Shown here in pieces: positions 24,691 to 38,276 of a stretch of 64,000 nt of DNA. The position numbers were made by a program, and so were the translations under genes. Source of the stretch: Paramecium tetraurelia (lineage: Eukaryota); NCBI GenBank assembly GCA_000165425.1, contig CT868015.1, forward strand, positions 186,001-250,000, written 5' to 3'. Under the pieces are notes generated by a model that was not told where the DNA came from, ran no database searches, and saw nothing but the letters and a program-made list of their open reading frames with translations. How positions within the stretch are numbered: the stretch's first letter is position 1; the number at the start of each line of letters is the position of its first letter.

Positions 24691-26141
24691 ATGGATAAGC
24701 AGTGTTCCATATGTATTAAAGAATTCTCCTTTATCAAACAAAACAAATCAAAATGTAAAAGATGCGGACTTGTAGTTTGTCTTGATTGCAATAAAAATGA
24801 ATTCAAAGTAGCCATCTACCTCATTCTACTTCCTAGATCTCTTCCTCCATGTTGAAACCCCTCAAAAAGGAAAAAGTGTGTCTACAATGCAAAACTGATT
24901 GTTTGTACATGGAAGATTTATTAGAACAGTTGGAATTGTCCTGGAACAAGGAAACAGAATTGTAATTCGAGCTTTTTCAATAATCCCTTAATTAGGAGCA
25001 ATACAAATAGCAAATTAAAGATGCCAAAGTTCAAGAGAATTTTAAACAGAATCTTGAGCAAATCAAATCTGATCTAATCAAAGTATATCAATCTATGTAG
25101 TTTAGTGTTTCATTACTTAGGAAATGTTTAACTACTCATTTTAGGATTGGATTTGTCATTCCACCAACAAAATGAAAGTCAATCAAATTTTTGATGACAT
25201 CGAGAATCTCCTAATTGTATTTTTGTATAGAAATTCAGAAGTGGGATATTCTTGCGAATTATTATAAATTTCAATTGTTTTGTTGACATTAATGAAGGAT
25301 TTTGCAGCCCTATAACTATTAGAATAAATCTATGAATTAATGCCAATTGAATATTGGCCTACTTCCACTCAAGAACCTAATTTACAAACTCTAGTCCAAG
25401 ACTTCCAACTTGCCTTCAAAATTGATTCAACCCAAATTTCTTAAATTAAGAAGTTTATGGAATTCTTTTCCACTCCCAATACACAGAGCTTATTCATTAA
25501 AGGACTGAATTTCTCTTGTTTTCATATCATATTCTAAGAATTAGTTTAGTCGATGAATTTTGAAGTCATCTAGAAATATCTGATTGTAGTTGCTAAATGC
25601 TGTTTAAAATCATTTGGATAATTTGGATTTGATTACAAAACAATAGGCAAGCAAATCCTTAACAAAACTGATTATAAATGTATCTTATTTATTCGATTAT
25701 ATTTGAGCTATCACATAAATTAAAACCTTATTGGACTAGAAACTCGGAAATTCTTAATTAACTTTTTCAAGTCCTAAAGGTAGTATGATTCGAAAACGCA
25801 ATTCTGTTTGTAGCATTGAAAATAGTAGTTTTACTGATACTCTTCCTTAAATAATGACACAATAGAATTCTTAGAGAGAGATAAAAGTCGAAGATAATTT
25901 TATTTTTAATTTTTAGAACGAACAAAACTTACAAATTATGCAATTAATGAAGATGATTGAACAGAAGAAAAAAGAACTTCATGAATTATAGATTAAAAAT
26001 AACGCTCTAAAAAATCAAACAGCAAATAAGAAATAAATTTCTAAATAAGATCATGAAAACTATATAACATTGATCGAGAAGGTCTCTCTTGAGATCTAAG
26101 ACGAGTTAAAATAAGGATTATAGCTATGCGATTAAAAATGA
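24691..26141 (+). CDS. FYVE-like zinc finger plus degenerate TBC (Rab-GAP)-like domain and coiled coil
   Basis: CSIC..EF..KSKCKRCGLVVCLDC...VCLQC; IKSDLIK; IENLLIVFLYRNSEVGYSC. Confidence 0.7.
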
Positions 26142-27096
26142 ATATGATTTCAATATTTATAAATTATGTTTACGATTCTGTGTATGATTTATGGAATTAT
26201 GAAATTTTATAAAATAAAATTATTAATATAACTTAATTTTATATAATTTATTATATATATCAAAAATATAAAAATGTCTATTGTTTTATTTAGTATTATT
26301 AGTATCTTCTAAAATCATACGTATAATTAAAAGAGGAAAGGATTATGAGAAGAATTAAACTTTAAATTTGAAAATGAAACTATTGAAATAGTTTCGTGTA
26401 CATATTAATGAATTCTTATTCATTCACCTTTTCCAAATTATAGGTCTACTGTATTGATGAGAATCTTAAAAGGTGTGGATAACAAAAATTAAAAAGGCCA
26501 AATTTAGATCAACAGTTTAATAATGAAACTTTGGTAGAGTTATAAAGAAATTACTTCTTGAAATCTTAAATAAACGCTACCCTTAATAATTTTAATAAAG
26601 CACAAGACGTTAAAAGACATCTTAAACTTAATTAGATGAATTATAAAACAGATGAATTTATAATTACAGTTATTCCCCTAATATTATAAAACACAACATT
26701 CTTTCCCAACATAGTTGTCTCTTTATAAACTATAAACTAAGCTTTTCCGACTCAAAGAAGTATATCAAACTATTTCGAGACGATTTCGATAGGTAATTTA
26801 CACTATATGAAGAGGCGGTTACATTAATTAACTCAAAAAAACCGAAGTAAAATATTGATTATTAATTAATTTACTAATTAAAATGCTTAAATGAAATTCT
26901 ATATTATCTAAACTCTCCTTAAATAGTAATGCTTTCAGTTCAGATCTGTGGTGAAGCCTTTAAATTTAAATAATTTTATATATTATTTTACAAATTTACA
27001 ATTTATGGGGGGGGGAATGAAATTTAATATATTATAATACGGCTTATGACGGTAGTGTGAAGAGGGTAAATATATTATTAATTTTAATACCTATAT

Positions 27097-27843
27097 ATGG
27101 AGGACATCTGCGTCTTAAATTTGCTACCATTTGCATCTCTCTCTGTTGAAAATTAATATCCCAGATAAAATGAATTAAGTGACTCATTAAGCAGTTAAGG
27201 AACTAATAATTAGGGGGAATAATCATGTACTTTAAACGTAAATTTTCTTCTTACTATGAATAGGAAACGAGCAAGAAGTCTTAAGTCACTAAAAAGAAAA
27301 TCAGCAAGGAGCAGCCTTAGGATGTAAAAAAAAATCAAGGACATTGGTCAACTCAAGAACATCTAATTTATGTTGAGTTCCTCAAACAACATCAAAACAC
27401 AACTATGCAAAATCAATAAAATAGAAAAAATAACAAAATCTTCAAACTCATGTCAATGACCATTGGGACTAGATCCCCTTCACAATGCAGGTATAGAGTA
27501 TTTATATATCAAGATCCCACCATTAAAAATTCAATCCATTTACATTGGCTGGGCAAAAGAGAAACAAGAAGAACAAGAAGAGAATCAGTAATTTTCATGA
27601 ATAATAAATTTAGATGCTGAAAACATAACATATGCTAACGAAGTCTAATAGTACTACACGCCAGAAATCAAATCTCAAATAAGTAACAATAAATTATGAA
27701 AAACAGACCCCTGTCACTTCGAGTACCTGTCTAACAATGAAGACTCCCGTCCTTAGTTATAAAACTTTTGTTGTAACTCTAATGATGACAGTGATAACTG
27801 CTATCGAAATGATTACTAGTACCTGGAGGAGCTAATTAATTGA
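27097..27843 (+). CDS. SHAQKY-class single Myb-like DNA-binding protein
   Basis: NQGHWSTQEHLIYVEFL...IGTRSPSQCRSHHQKFNP across one tiny intron. Confidence 0.85.
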
Positions 27844-28238
27844 AGTAGATTGTATTATATTTGTTCTGTTTTAAATAAGTTTATATCATAATCAAAGTAT
27901 ATATATTATTTTACATTTGATCGTAACCATTCTCCCCAGCTTTATTGTATTATTTAAACTAATGGCTCAATTTCAATATTTATAAACTTAAGAAATACTT
28001 TTAATATTTTATATTTATAAATATTAATAAAAGTGCTTCAAACATCAATTTAATTACTGCTTTGTATTACTATGATTTACTTCACAGATCACAAGACCTT
28101 ACATTCAACTTACCTAAGTTGTGGTTTTACAATTGTTTTAATGCATTAATTCAGTCTAAATAGAGTAGATGCATCTAGCTCAAAATTGATTCCAACTCAT
28201 TTGATTAACTATTCAATATTTAATTTATTAATAATTCT

Positions 28239-28819
28239 ATGGATTCTGATTCTTTATCTTTATTTAAGAAGAAACAACAAAGAGAAATATCATAAGCACT
28301 GTTATATGAAAGACAAGTTAGAGAAAAAGAACTACAAAAAAGTTAAATTATTTTGAAATCTTGTGAAAGAATGTCATTGATTACTGATAGATAACTATAG
28401 AAATTAAAATAAAGCCAAATATCCACAGTTAAGCATCAATTAAATGAGCATAGGTTTAAATCTTTAGAGAGTGATGCAATTCATGTAAGGTAATCGATCT
28501 TCCTGCAGTTCTAGGCCGAAATTAGAGTTGGATTAGGAAGCGTATGATAGATGGATGAAATTTCAAAAAAGATAATTAAATAGAATATAGACAGAAAAAT
28601 TGAGGAAATTTGAGTAGAAAATTGAAAGAGGAGAAAAAATAAGAATGATGAAAGAATTAGAATAAAAAAATAAATAAAAATTAAGAATTGAAACAAACAT
28701 CTAAAAGGAGAAAATTCACGATGCATATACTCAAAGGCTTCATGTATATATTCTGATATAGCATTTTAATTTAGAAATTGCAGAAATAAGTATACGCAAA
28801 GTCAATCAAATTTGTTTGA
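28239..28819 (+). CDS. Hypothetical coiled-coil protein
   Basis: MDSDSLSLFKKKQQREISQALLYERQ; two GT-AG introns restore the frame to TGA 28817-28819. Confidence 0.6.
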
Positions 28820-28918
28820 CCCTTATAAATTTAATTATAAATTCTATTCTAATATCGGTATTATAGTAAATATATATATGTAAATATTGTAATTAGATTA
28901 CTGTGATAGATATCTAAA

Positions 28919-31199
28919 TCATGATTTTCTTTGAATTGAGCTGATAGGTCTTATCTTTTATAATATCCTGCTTTGGGATTCGATTACAACTCTATTTTAA
29001 TTGTATCTTCTATTTTCGATATTGTACTTCTGAATAGCTTCATCACGTTCTACAAAATAATCAATAAACTAACCTCTTTGCATCTATGCAATTTACTATT
29101 TACATTTATCCTATACCACAATCATTTAATCTTATAGTTCTTTAACCAGATCTCTCAATTTATTTGCATACGATCTTAAAGTACTTAAATCCATAGATGT
29201 AAAATTAATTTAATCAATTTGATTGTAGTCAATTTCGATAGCAAATTAACTTTGAGATTATTTTAATTATTTGGTTGTAGTTTTAATGGTTTTTTCAATA
29301 GTCGAAGCCTTTTTAGTAATCGTGGCTGAAACACTTTTTGTGTCCAAATATAAAAATAAACTAAATAGGAATATTCCATTACTTTTTATGTTTAATTTTA
29401 TTTGGAAGAATAGGCTTATCTTATTTAGGAATGCTAAAAGATTTCAATCCTCCACTATAGCCACCTGTTTCGATTTTGTCTATGACCTTGTTTTGCTTTT
29501 GTACGATATCATAAAGATCAAGTAGTTCATCCACAATGTCATTGATTTATTATCTAAGTAATTTATGAATAGTGATTACTTTTTTCTTTCTCTATACTAC
29601 TTGAAGGAAGAGAGAAAGTTCTCGATTTCCTTATTTTTTTCATTTAAATGATATTCATACTATTATTTACAAGTATCCAACCATTTTTAATGTTCTAGTT
29701 TTATCTAGTCCAATTACTTGTTGAATTCCTTTTCAGCTTCATTTCTTGCTTGTCTTCTTAGATCTTGTAACTTTTGATTTTCTGAAAGCTTGGTCAATGC
29801 AGTTTAAGGGAGATTAATGATTGAAGTGACCTTATCTTCCAAAAGATTTTTGGACTCATCTTGCAATTTCTTGATAAAATGATCTCTTTCAGAATTTAAT
29901 TACCTCAATGCATCATCTCCACTCATTTTTGTCATATTAATTTAATCCTTCAATTTCTTATTAATTTCTCTCTACTCTATTAATTAGGATTGATATCTTT
30001 CCACTTTTTGATGGAAATCTTATTTCAATTCTTCATTCTTTCTGACTAATTCAGCAATTTCATAATGTTGCTGCTCCAATTATTCTTAAAGACTAACATT
30101 CTTCTACAATGCTTCCTATTAATTCCTAAAGATAGAGATGTCCTTAGCATTTTTTGCAGATAGTCTTTCTAAATCAATATCTAAACCAAGTAGCTTCTAT
30201 AAATCCATAAACCTTTTCTTTCTATCCAAATTCAATTGTTCTATTTTCTATTTGTATTCTTATATTTCTTCTTACAACCTTTTGATTACTTTATCTTATT
30301 GTGAATTATTAGGGGTGTCTAACCCTTAAGGAGATTGCTATTTTCGAATTTAAACTTAGACATTCTTTGTCCTATCCAGATATTATAATGTAAGTAAACA
30401 TTCTTCATAATTTGATTGACTTGGATTGATTGTTCCAATTAAAATGACTTAAGTATTATTATCAATAATTAAGGCTGAAGTTAATTTTGACTCTCTTTTT
30501 GGAATAACCTTATTTTGATTGAATAAGTTTAAACATTTGTTCAAAACCTGATGACTTGATGTTACCATAATGGCTTCTTAATACTTTTCACCTTCCGTTA
30601 TATTCTTAGCCACTCTTTCAGATCCTGCCAAATCTACAAACTAAATTTTAGTATCCTTGTTCAAATACAATGTAATTATAACATGTGTCCTCACTTATCG
30701 TTTAATGTCTGTTTTCCTAACAATTTTGATCATATCCCATAGATCATTAATTAACATAATTTGCCTTCTTGTGAAATCTTCAGTTACAAGATTAGTATTA
30801 AGATCCTTGATCTAATCAATGTAGATCTCCTGAAATGATGCTTCAACCACCTGACTTTTTTCTAACATTGTTTATACAAATAATGGAACTATCCCTGGGT
30901 TTTGGACATTTCCAAATAACGAATAACTTTTTCCACTTCCTGATTAACCGTACGATAGAATGCAGGCATTTTTATTTAAACAGTCAAAATTGAACACCTC
31001 ATCGAAAAGCTCTTTTTGAGTAGAAGTTGATGGAAATATCTTATCGTAACAGTACTATTACCACTCAGCTTATTTATTGGTAGGATCCTAAGTGCTTTAC
31101 AAGAAATACTTTGATGGAAATGGTATTCTAGTTGATATTCATCATGGATTAATCATAATCAATTGGTCTTACTCTTAAATAAACTTTATAATTATTCAT
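28919..31199 (-). CDS. Divergent N-terminal-motor kinesin with long coiled-coil stalk
   Basis: KVYLRVRP; YGQSGSGKSYS; FVDLAGSER; RESKLT; IGTINPSQSNYEECLLTLQY. Confidence 0.9.
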
Positions 31200-31204
31200 A
31201 TAAA

Positions 31205-31970
31205 TCAGTATATTCCAAATTCTCCTGCTATTTAATATTTCCCAGGACCAGGAGTAATTGTTGCGTTGCTTCCAAAACGTTACACTTTTGAAAACTTGGT
31301 TACTTGACAATTACTCCAATTAGAATTAGCATATTTTGGTGACATTTCAGTTCTGGGTCTATATTCCAAAGGTCCAGGGGTATCCTCTATTGTCTACCCT
31401 GATCTCCCAGAACCAAATCCAGCCACAAATGATTTGGAATGTTCTTTTACTTGAATATCATACTTCCCAGGCCCAGGAGCACATGTTTCATTCTCTAGTA
31501 TAATGAAGTTCATGTACTTGGCAATAACTTTAATCCAAAATGTGGAGCCTTATTAACCTAAACTAAACTTTAGGTTACTTAATAAAGTCCCACTGGAGGC
31601 ACTTCACTCTTCTGTTTTGTTTATATTCTACCCACTCCCATTGTATGCTTTTTCAAATTGGATTCTTGAGTAGTCTTTGATTATTTGATTTAGTAATGTC
31701 CTGGTCCTGGAGTTTTGGTTCCCAATTTAGAGAAATCTACCTTGGAGCCTGATCCAAAAGAGACACCTTTATGAGGGGAAATTAGATCAGTTTTAATAGT
31801 GTAAAATGATGGTGAGTTACTAAAGTTGCTATTTACATGTTTTACTCTCTCTTTTCCTTGTAATTGAATCTGGGAGATTTTGAAAAGCTGTATAACTATT
31901 TGCTTCTTGAATTATTTAAGGGGTTCTATTTCACCTATTTGAATTATTCATAATTTTATAGACTTTTCAT
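31205..31970 (-). CDS. SHIPPO/STPG-repeat (ODF3-like) axonemal protein
   Basis: Repeated TPGPGHY, APGPGKY, TPGPLEY, TPGPGKY with intervening FGSG motifs. Confidence 0.85.
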
Positions 31971-32004
31971 TGATAAATTTAATGAATAGAATAATTATAT
32001 GCTT

Positions 32005-32538
32005 TCATTTTAAATAAGCTTCAACAAATTACTACAAATTTATTTGAGGTGCTTTATCCTTATCATCATCCTTTTAATTCGATGTATTGGCTGCATACTA
32101 TAACATACCTTTTAAATCCTCTTCCGAGATATTCTCCCCTAAACTCTTTGCTACCATCATCAGTTCCTCCAAACCTATATAACCATTTGCATCTCTGTCA
32201 AAAACTTCAAAGGCATCTCTCAAATCATCCTCCCCACTCTTTGCCTTCTCCTCCTGCATTAATAACAAGTTCTTGAAATCATCAAAATTTAATTCTTTAT
32301 CTTCTGCTCCTTCTACCTTCTAAGTTTGCCTCAATTCTTTGACCATCGATTAGATTTCATCCTAAGAGAAATTGTAACCCAAAGATCGAAAAACTGAAGT
32401 TAATTCCTAAACTGTTTTTTTCATAATATTTGATTTCTTACCAGATATACTTTTGGATTTATTTTTGTCAAATATTTCAAATGCTTCCTTTATCTCTGCT
32501 TCCTTCTCTGCCAAGTCCTCTATTGTTTACTATTGCAT
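32005..32538 (-). CDS. Calmodulin-like EF-hand protein
   Basis: EIKEAFEIFDKNKSKSIS..ELTSVFRSLG; DAFEVFDRDANGYIGLEEL. Confidence 0.85.
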
Positions 32539-32943
32539 TTAGAAATAAATTATAAAATTATCAATTATGATTTTAATGTTCTAAAATCAATTACACATTA
32601 ACACATTTTATTATTTTATATTGTCTTCCATTTAAGATTACTATACAACATCGTAATCCTAAAACTAAACTTAAACAATTTAAATATCAATTTAGGAAAT
32701 TACATTTAAATTTTTGCTTTAGCACTCAAATATATAATGGAATTTATAAGACCATTTTCAATTATAATTAATTAGTTGTTTGAAAAATTTGATGTTTTCT
32801 AAAGTAAAATTAATTTAGAATTCTAATCTATATTAATCAAAAAAGGGATTGAGGTCTAAGGATTTGTAAAATTAAACACAACCAAACAGAATTTCTATTG
32901 TTTTTATTAACAATTTATTATTAAATATTAATTGATAAAATAA

Positions 32944-34234
32944 TCATTTTCTTTAAAATAATGAAAGTAATGATTATGTTGAGCTCTATTCGGACAATTG
33001 ATTGGTCTTTGATTAGAGTAACTTTTACAATCCTTTACTATTGAAATTCGTAAGTTTACGGACATCATCATCAGAGTTAAATCTAGCTGTTTCAGGATTG
33101 TCCTCCTCTGTCAATTCTGTCAACTTAATCATAGTATGTTCAGTTGCCTTTAACAAAGGAGTTGATTTCTTAATTGGCTAAGTATTCTCTTTGTTGTTTT
33201 CTTTCACTTATAAGATACTAGAGTTGGTTTATTGAGTTGATAACTCCTTCTTAGAACTGTAGCATTCTTGATTCTTTTTTAATATGGATTGATTGCAAAA
33301 GCTGATTAGATTCTTCAGATGAATTGATATATCAGCATTTTGATCATTGGAATTTCCTGTAGTGCTAATTGTTTTCTAGCTCTACTAAGATTCCAATAAG
33401 GTTTTAATTTGAATATTAGTACCTGAGGAATTAGGTTTCAATTAGTGCTAGCCACTTGCATAGGAGCTAATTTGTCTTTAAATGCTTGTGGTTTCATTGA
33501 TTGGGGAGCTGCTGGTATTTTTATGTTTGGTAAAACTGTGAGAACTGACTTTTCGATTTAAATCTTCATGAGATTATAATTGTAATCTTTTTTTATGTGT
33601 CAATGATTTCCCAACTATTTCTGTGTGTTATTTTTTCAATTTGACATTCACAATCTTTGTGTTAGGTGATTTAGGTTGGGGCTATTGATTTAAACCGGTT
33701 GTCAATAATTATTTTTTGATTCTTGTTGTGCTCTGTGGATTTTGCAGACGGTCAGTATTGAATTAATATTGTGAGGGGGATTTTTGTAGTTTATTTTATC
33801 TCTGAGAAGATTAAATCAAATTGCTGGTGGACGAATTGATTTGATTTAGATCTAATTGAGGAATCTTCTTGCGTATTTGGATATCGAGATTGCTTTCTTC
33901 AATGAACTAAGGAAGGATGTCCTTCAATTATTGGGCTTATTGGGATGTAATGGTAATTTATTCAATATGATTTTGACACTGCCTTGACCGATAATAGCAT
34001 AATTTACCTTAAGCAATGGCAAAATCAATTAAAGCGATGTTGCTTTGACCAGAGTCAAGTCTAAATTTGAGTTCTGATTTGATTCTATGGTGGAAATCAC
34101 TTGGATCAATTAGTAATCTGGCTCTTATTCTTTGGATAGGCATTACTCTAAATAATCCTTTTTCAATTGGCTTAAGTATAGCATTCTATGTACTATGATA
34201 TATTCAAACAAATACTGTATTCTTTGGAATTCAT
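32944..34234 (-). CDS. Hypothetical protein with low-complexity S/P/Q/N-rich C-terminal half
   Basis: MNSKEY, tiny intron, long ciliate-code frame ending SLLSLFQRK*. Confidence 0.7.
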
Positions 34235-35197
34235 ATAACAAAATACAAATTATTTAATTTTAATACTGTTAGATTGATATAAATAATCATAATTCTTATT
34301 TTGAATAGTGACCCTCAAACTTTTAAGAATTTTCAATTCTATCATATTTCAATTGGTAACAATCTTGATTAATATGTGAATGCAGTACAACAAGACAGAG
34401 AAATTCACTTGTCGTCAATCATATTAATCTCACTTCCATTAACCTAAATTCTTCATTTTATTGTCATTAAAATATCATCCTTTCAATAAGTTGATATATG
34501 TAATTATGGATTATCCTAATCTAGCTATAAAATAATCATTTAATCATTAATCGTCATTCCTTTTAATCATTTCGTATTTTTGAACTTATTAATTATCTGC
34601 ATTAAATCTAGTTCTTACATTTATAACCTATCTTCTGCTTATTGATATAACATCCTTTGGTTTTCAATACATATTTTTGCTAATTTTACTGAACTTAAAG
34701 GAAATCATGCAGCAAATTTCGAACATGTAATTTGTAGTTAATTTCAATCCTATCCTGTGGGTATCATAAATTTAGACAATCAATCACAATCTAAGTACAA
34801 TTTATTAAATATCTCCAAACAAAATATATTATACAATAAAAAGTATTAGGAACTAAAACTAGAGACCTTTTCATTGTTAAATTTTCTATAATAAAGCATC
34901 TTGCAAAAAAATCAGACTTTTATTACAACATCATTGCTCCATAAAAAAATATCAATGAATTATGATCCATGGTAATTTCAAAACTCAAAAACAATACTAA
35001 CCCTCCTTTTAATTTAGAATATTCTTTAATTGTCCAATCTCTCATCTAAGGTCTAACCATCATAATAATAAATCAAAAGCTATCCTTCAAGTTATATTGA
35101 TTCACTCTCAAAATGAAATTGTATAAAGTTAATTATATTTAATTGATTCTTAAAATGAAATTTATTAATTTAACTTTATTAATTATTTATTCTGAAA

Positions 35198-36115
35198 ATG
35201 AGAAAAACACCTATAAACCTAAAATATTAATAAAATTATTCTCCAGATGGTTACCCTGATAATAAAGAATATAAGAAATAAGCTTAAGCCTCAACAAAAA
35301 TTGCTTCTAATAAATTATAAGAATTTTTTATAGAAATAACACCTACAACAGTCAAATAATTAACTGATGAATTAAGTTTGTCAATTCTGAAGGGTATTGA
35401 TGATGAGGTGGATCTCATTTATGTGCGTTTTGCAGAAACTGGCGGACATTGCATTGACCTAAAAAAGATGAGATTAATCAATACTCTTAATGGAAAATCC
35501 AGGCAAATTTATCATAAAGTTCCTTTCGGTAGAACACTACTTCAATCAAACATTAAAGTTTAAATATCACCTTAGCCCTCCAACAACAATAAATTATAAT
35601 ATACATAATACCATTGGTATGAATAGAGAAATGGCTAATTCAGACCTTTACAATAATAAATCAGCGATATAATTGAAAATTTCTACCAAAATGCTTCTTA
35701 GACTGGTCAATCAATTTGTGAATTCACTTGGCAATAACATAGATTTATAATTGATTTGAAAGAAAATACTCTTGAAAATACAGATACCTTAATTATCAAT
35801 CACATTTAAAGGAGAAATATTTAAAAGCCATACTAAGAAATACCTAAAAAACCCATTAGTAGAGGAGCTTTAAAGATAATAGTGTGGTAGTATTAATTAT
35901 AGCCAAAATCTTATGAATGGAATAATTATGATCAAGAGAATACAGATGCGCTTGAGAAAGCATATGAAAAATACTGCAAAAACTCACGAAAATCAAATAC
36001 TCTAAATGTAATGAGGAATACTTCAAAATACTATATTGATTTTGATAAGATGATTGAATACAATTTATTTAACAAAGAATCAAGATAAATTCGTAGATTC
36101 CTCGAGGAAGGTTGA
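35198..36115 (+). CDS. WWE-domain protein (up to three WWE-like units)
   Basis: WQYQLQPKSYEWNNYDQENTDALEKAY...YYIDFDKMIEYNLFNKESRQIRR; earlier units HCIDLKKMRLINTLNGKSRQI and FIIDLKENTLENTDT; start codon inferred. Confidence 0.7.
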
Positions 36116-36192
36116 TACAATGATAAATAATATACTGCTAAATATTGCTATTATTATTTTGGTTCATATAATTAAACATATACGTTAATCCA

Positions 36193-38255
36193 ATGTCAAA
36201 GAATCAGGAGAAATTAAAAAAGGAATTACTAGAATAGGTAAGCAGAGATGTTCAAAATGCCTAAGACCCTTAGAAAGAAGCATTTAAATTAGTGTAGAAT
36301 GCAAATGAAACCTTTAAATAATTTGAATCTGCACTCAAAAAGCCATTAGATGATGAGATGTTAAAGTAAAGGGGTTCATCAAAGAAAAATGTGTAATTTG
36401 CAGATACCATAAAAACTTCTGCAGAAATGGATAGACCAAAATCGGTTGAAAATAAAAAAGATGAAAAACCAATCCTTTAACCATTATCCAAGTAAAATGA
36501 AACGAAAGCATCCCAACCTGAAAGATAGAGCAGAGCCTCCAAGAAGGAAAGCAAAGTTGATAAGCCTTAATAAAAAATGAATCCAAAATAAGAAAAGCCA
36601 ATAGTAGTAATTCCAGAAAAGAAACCATAACCAAAGGAAAATTAGGAATCTAAGAAAAGTAACTTATAAGATTTGTCCTAAAAACCATAACCAATCACAT
36701 TCAATCAACAGTAGGTTTAGGAGAGAGAGAGAGTAATCTAAAATTAAAAGTAAGTATTCTCTGAAAGTGAATCTTCAAGTGGGTATGATGAAAGTAGAAG
36801 GGAGAAGGGAAATCATGGTCATTCTTGCAGAAAGCACTCAAAAGAAAGAGAAATAGCTAATAGATATGAAGAGATTATATTGAAAAATCAGGAATCTGCC
36901 TAATAATTATAGGTGTAATTGAACGAATAGAATATCGAAAAAAGTAAACTAATTACAGAAAACATCAAGCTGTAAAGTATAAACGATATGCTGTAATAAG
37001 AAATTAAAAACTTGAATCAATAGTTGAGTCAGTCCAAAAGACAGATAGATTAATTGGATAAATAACTATATGATCTAAAGCAAGCCTCTAGATCTGAATT
37101 ATTAATTGTTAAGGATTAATTATAGGAGTCTAAATTTCAATGTGCAGAATTGGAAAACAAGAATAATTATCTTAATAAAGCCAAAGATACATTTGAGCAG
37201 AATCTAAAGTAGTTTGAATCAGAAGTAGGAAGATTATAGAAAATTAATCTCTAACAAACTTAGGTAGCAGCTTAAGACAAATTAGCTATCTTAGAGAAAG
37301 ATGGTACAATTGAAAGATTAGAGAAATTAAATCATTAATTGAGTATTGATCTCAATTAGATAAATGCTTTATATAAGGAAGTGAATGAGAAGCACAAAAG
37401 TTTATTAGCAGCGTATAATAGTTTAGAGAATTAGAAAATTACAATAGAGAATGATTTAGAGTTTAGAAAGAAGGATCAGTAAGAAAATTTGAGTGCTTTA
37501 AAAGAAAAGATTTAGAAACTGACAAACCAGAAGGAGATATACGATGAGGAAATGGGAAAGATGCAACAAATAGTTAAAGATGCTAAGAGTGAGAGAGATT
37601 AATATAAATTATAATATGAATAAATGAAGGTGTTGTGTTCTGAATCTGAGGAATTGAGGAAGAGACTGAAGTTAAGAGAAGTAGAAAATGAATAGTTATA
37701 ATGTGAGAATGATAAACTGAAATGGAAGGTGAGAAAAGATCCCAATGGCATATTGTCAGATCTCAAAATAATGAAGTTATAAGCAGAAGATCCAAATGCG
37801 AAAGTATCGATGGAACAACTATCGAAGTTGGATAACCAAGTCAGATAATTATAGGAGGAGAATAATAGGTATTGATTTATTTGATTTAATATAGATTAAG
37901 TGCAGAAAATAAGTAGTTACTCAAATAGATTTAATAAACTGAGTTGTATGTTCAAGAAGTGAAATCGATGTTTGATAGGGAGAGATCATTTTTGGAAGAG
38001 AAGGTGTTTAATAAAGAGAAAGAAATTAATGAGATGATTATTCGACATCGTCATGAAATGGCTGAAATTGAAAACAAAAATCAAGATTTTTAAAGGAGGT
38101 TGGAGAATGAAAACAAAGCCAGACAAACTCATTAGGCCTATCAGCAATAATCCTACTCTCAGTACAATCCCTCTAGTGCGGTTCAACAATCGGCCTCTAA
38201 GGTCTCTCCTTATAGTGTGCCTTAACTATAAGCAAAAATTAAATCTTATATTTGA
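36193..38255 (+). CDS. Long coiled-coil protein
   Basis: MSKNQEKLKKELLEQ; E/Q/K-rich heptads over ~2 kb; intron near 37869-37899; ends KIKSYI*. Confidence 0.8.
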
Positions 38256-38276
38256 TTGACTTAAATATTATTAAAA

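Noticed and set aside
26200..26990. Gene between the FYVE-TBC and Myb genes
   Set aside because: Coding-like pieces exist, but every frame I tried closes with TGA and no consistent tiny-intron model was found
34300..35150. Upstream exons of the WWE gene or a separate gene
   Set aside because: TGA stops near 35113-35157 block the WWE frame and upstream frames do not join; left unresolved
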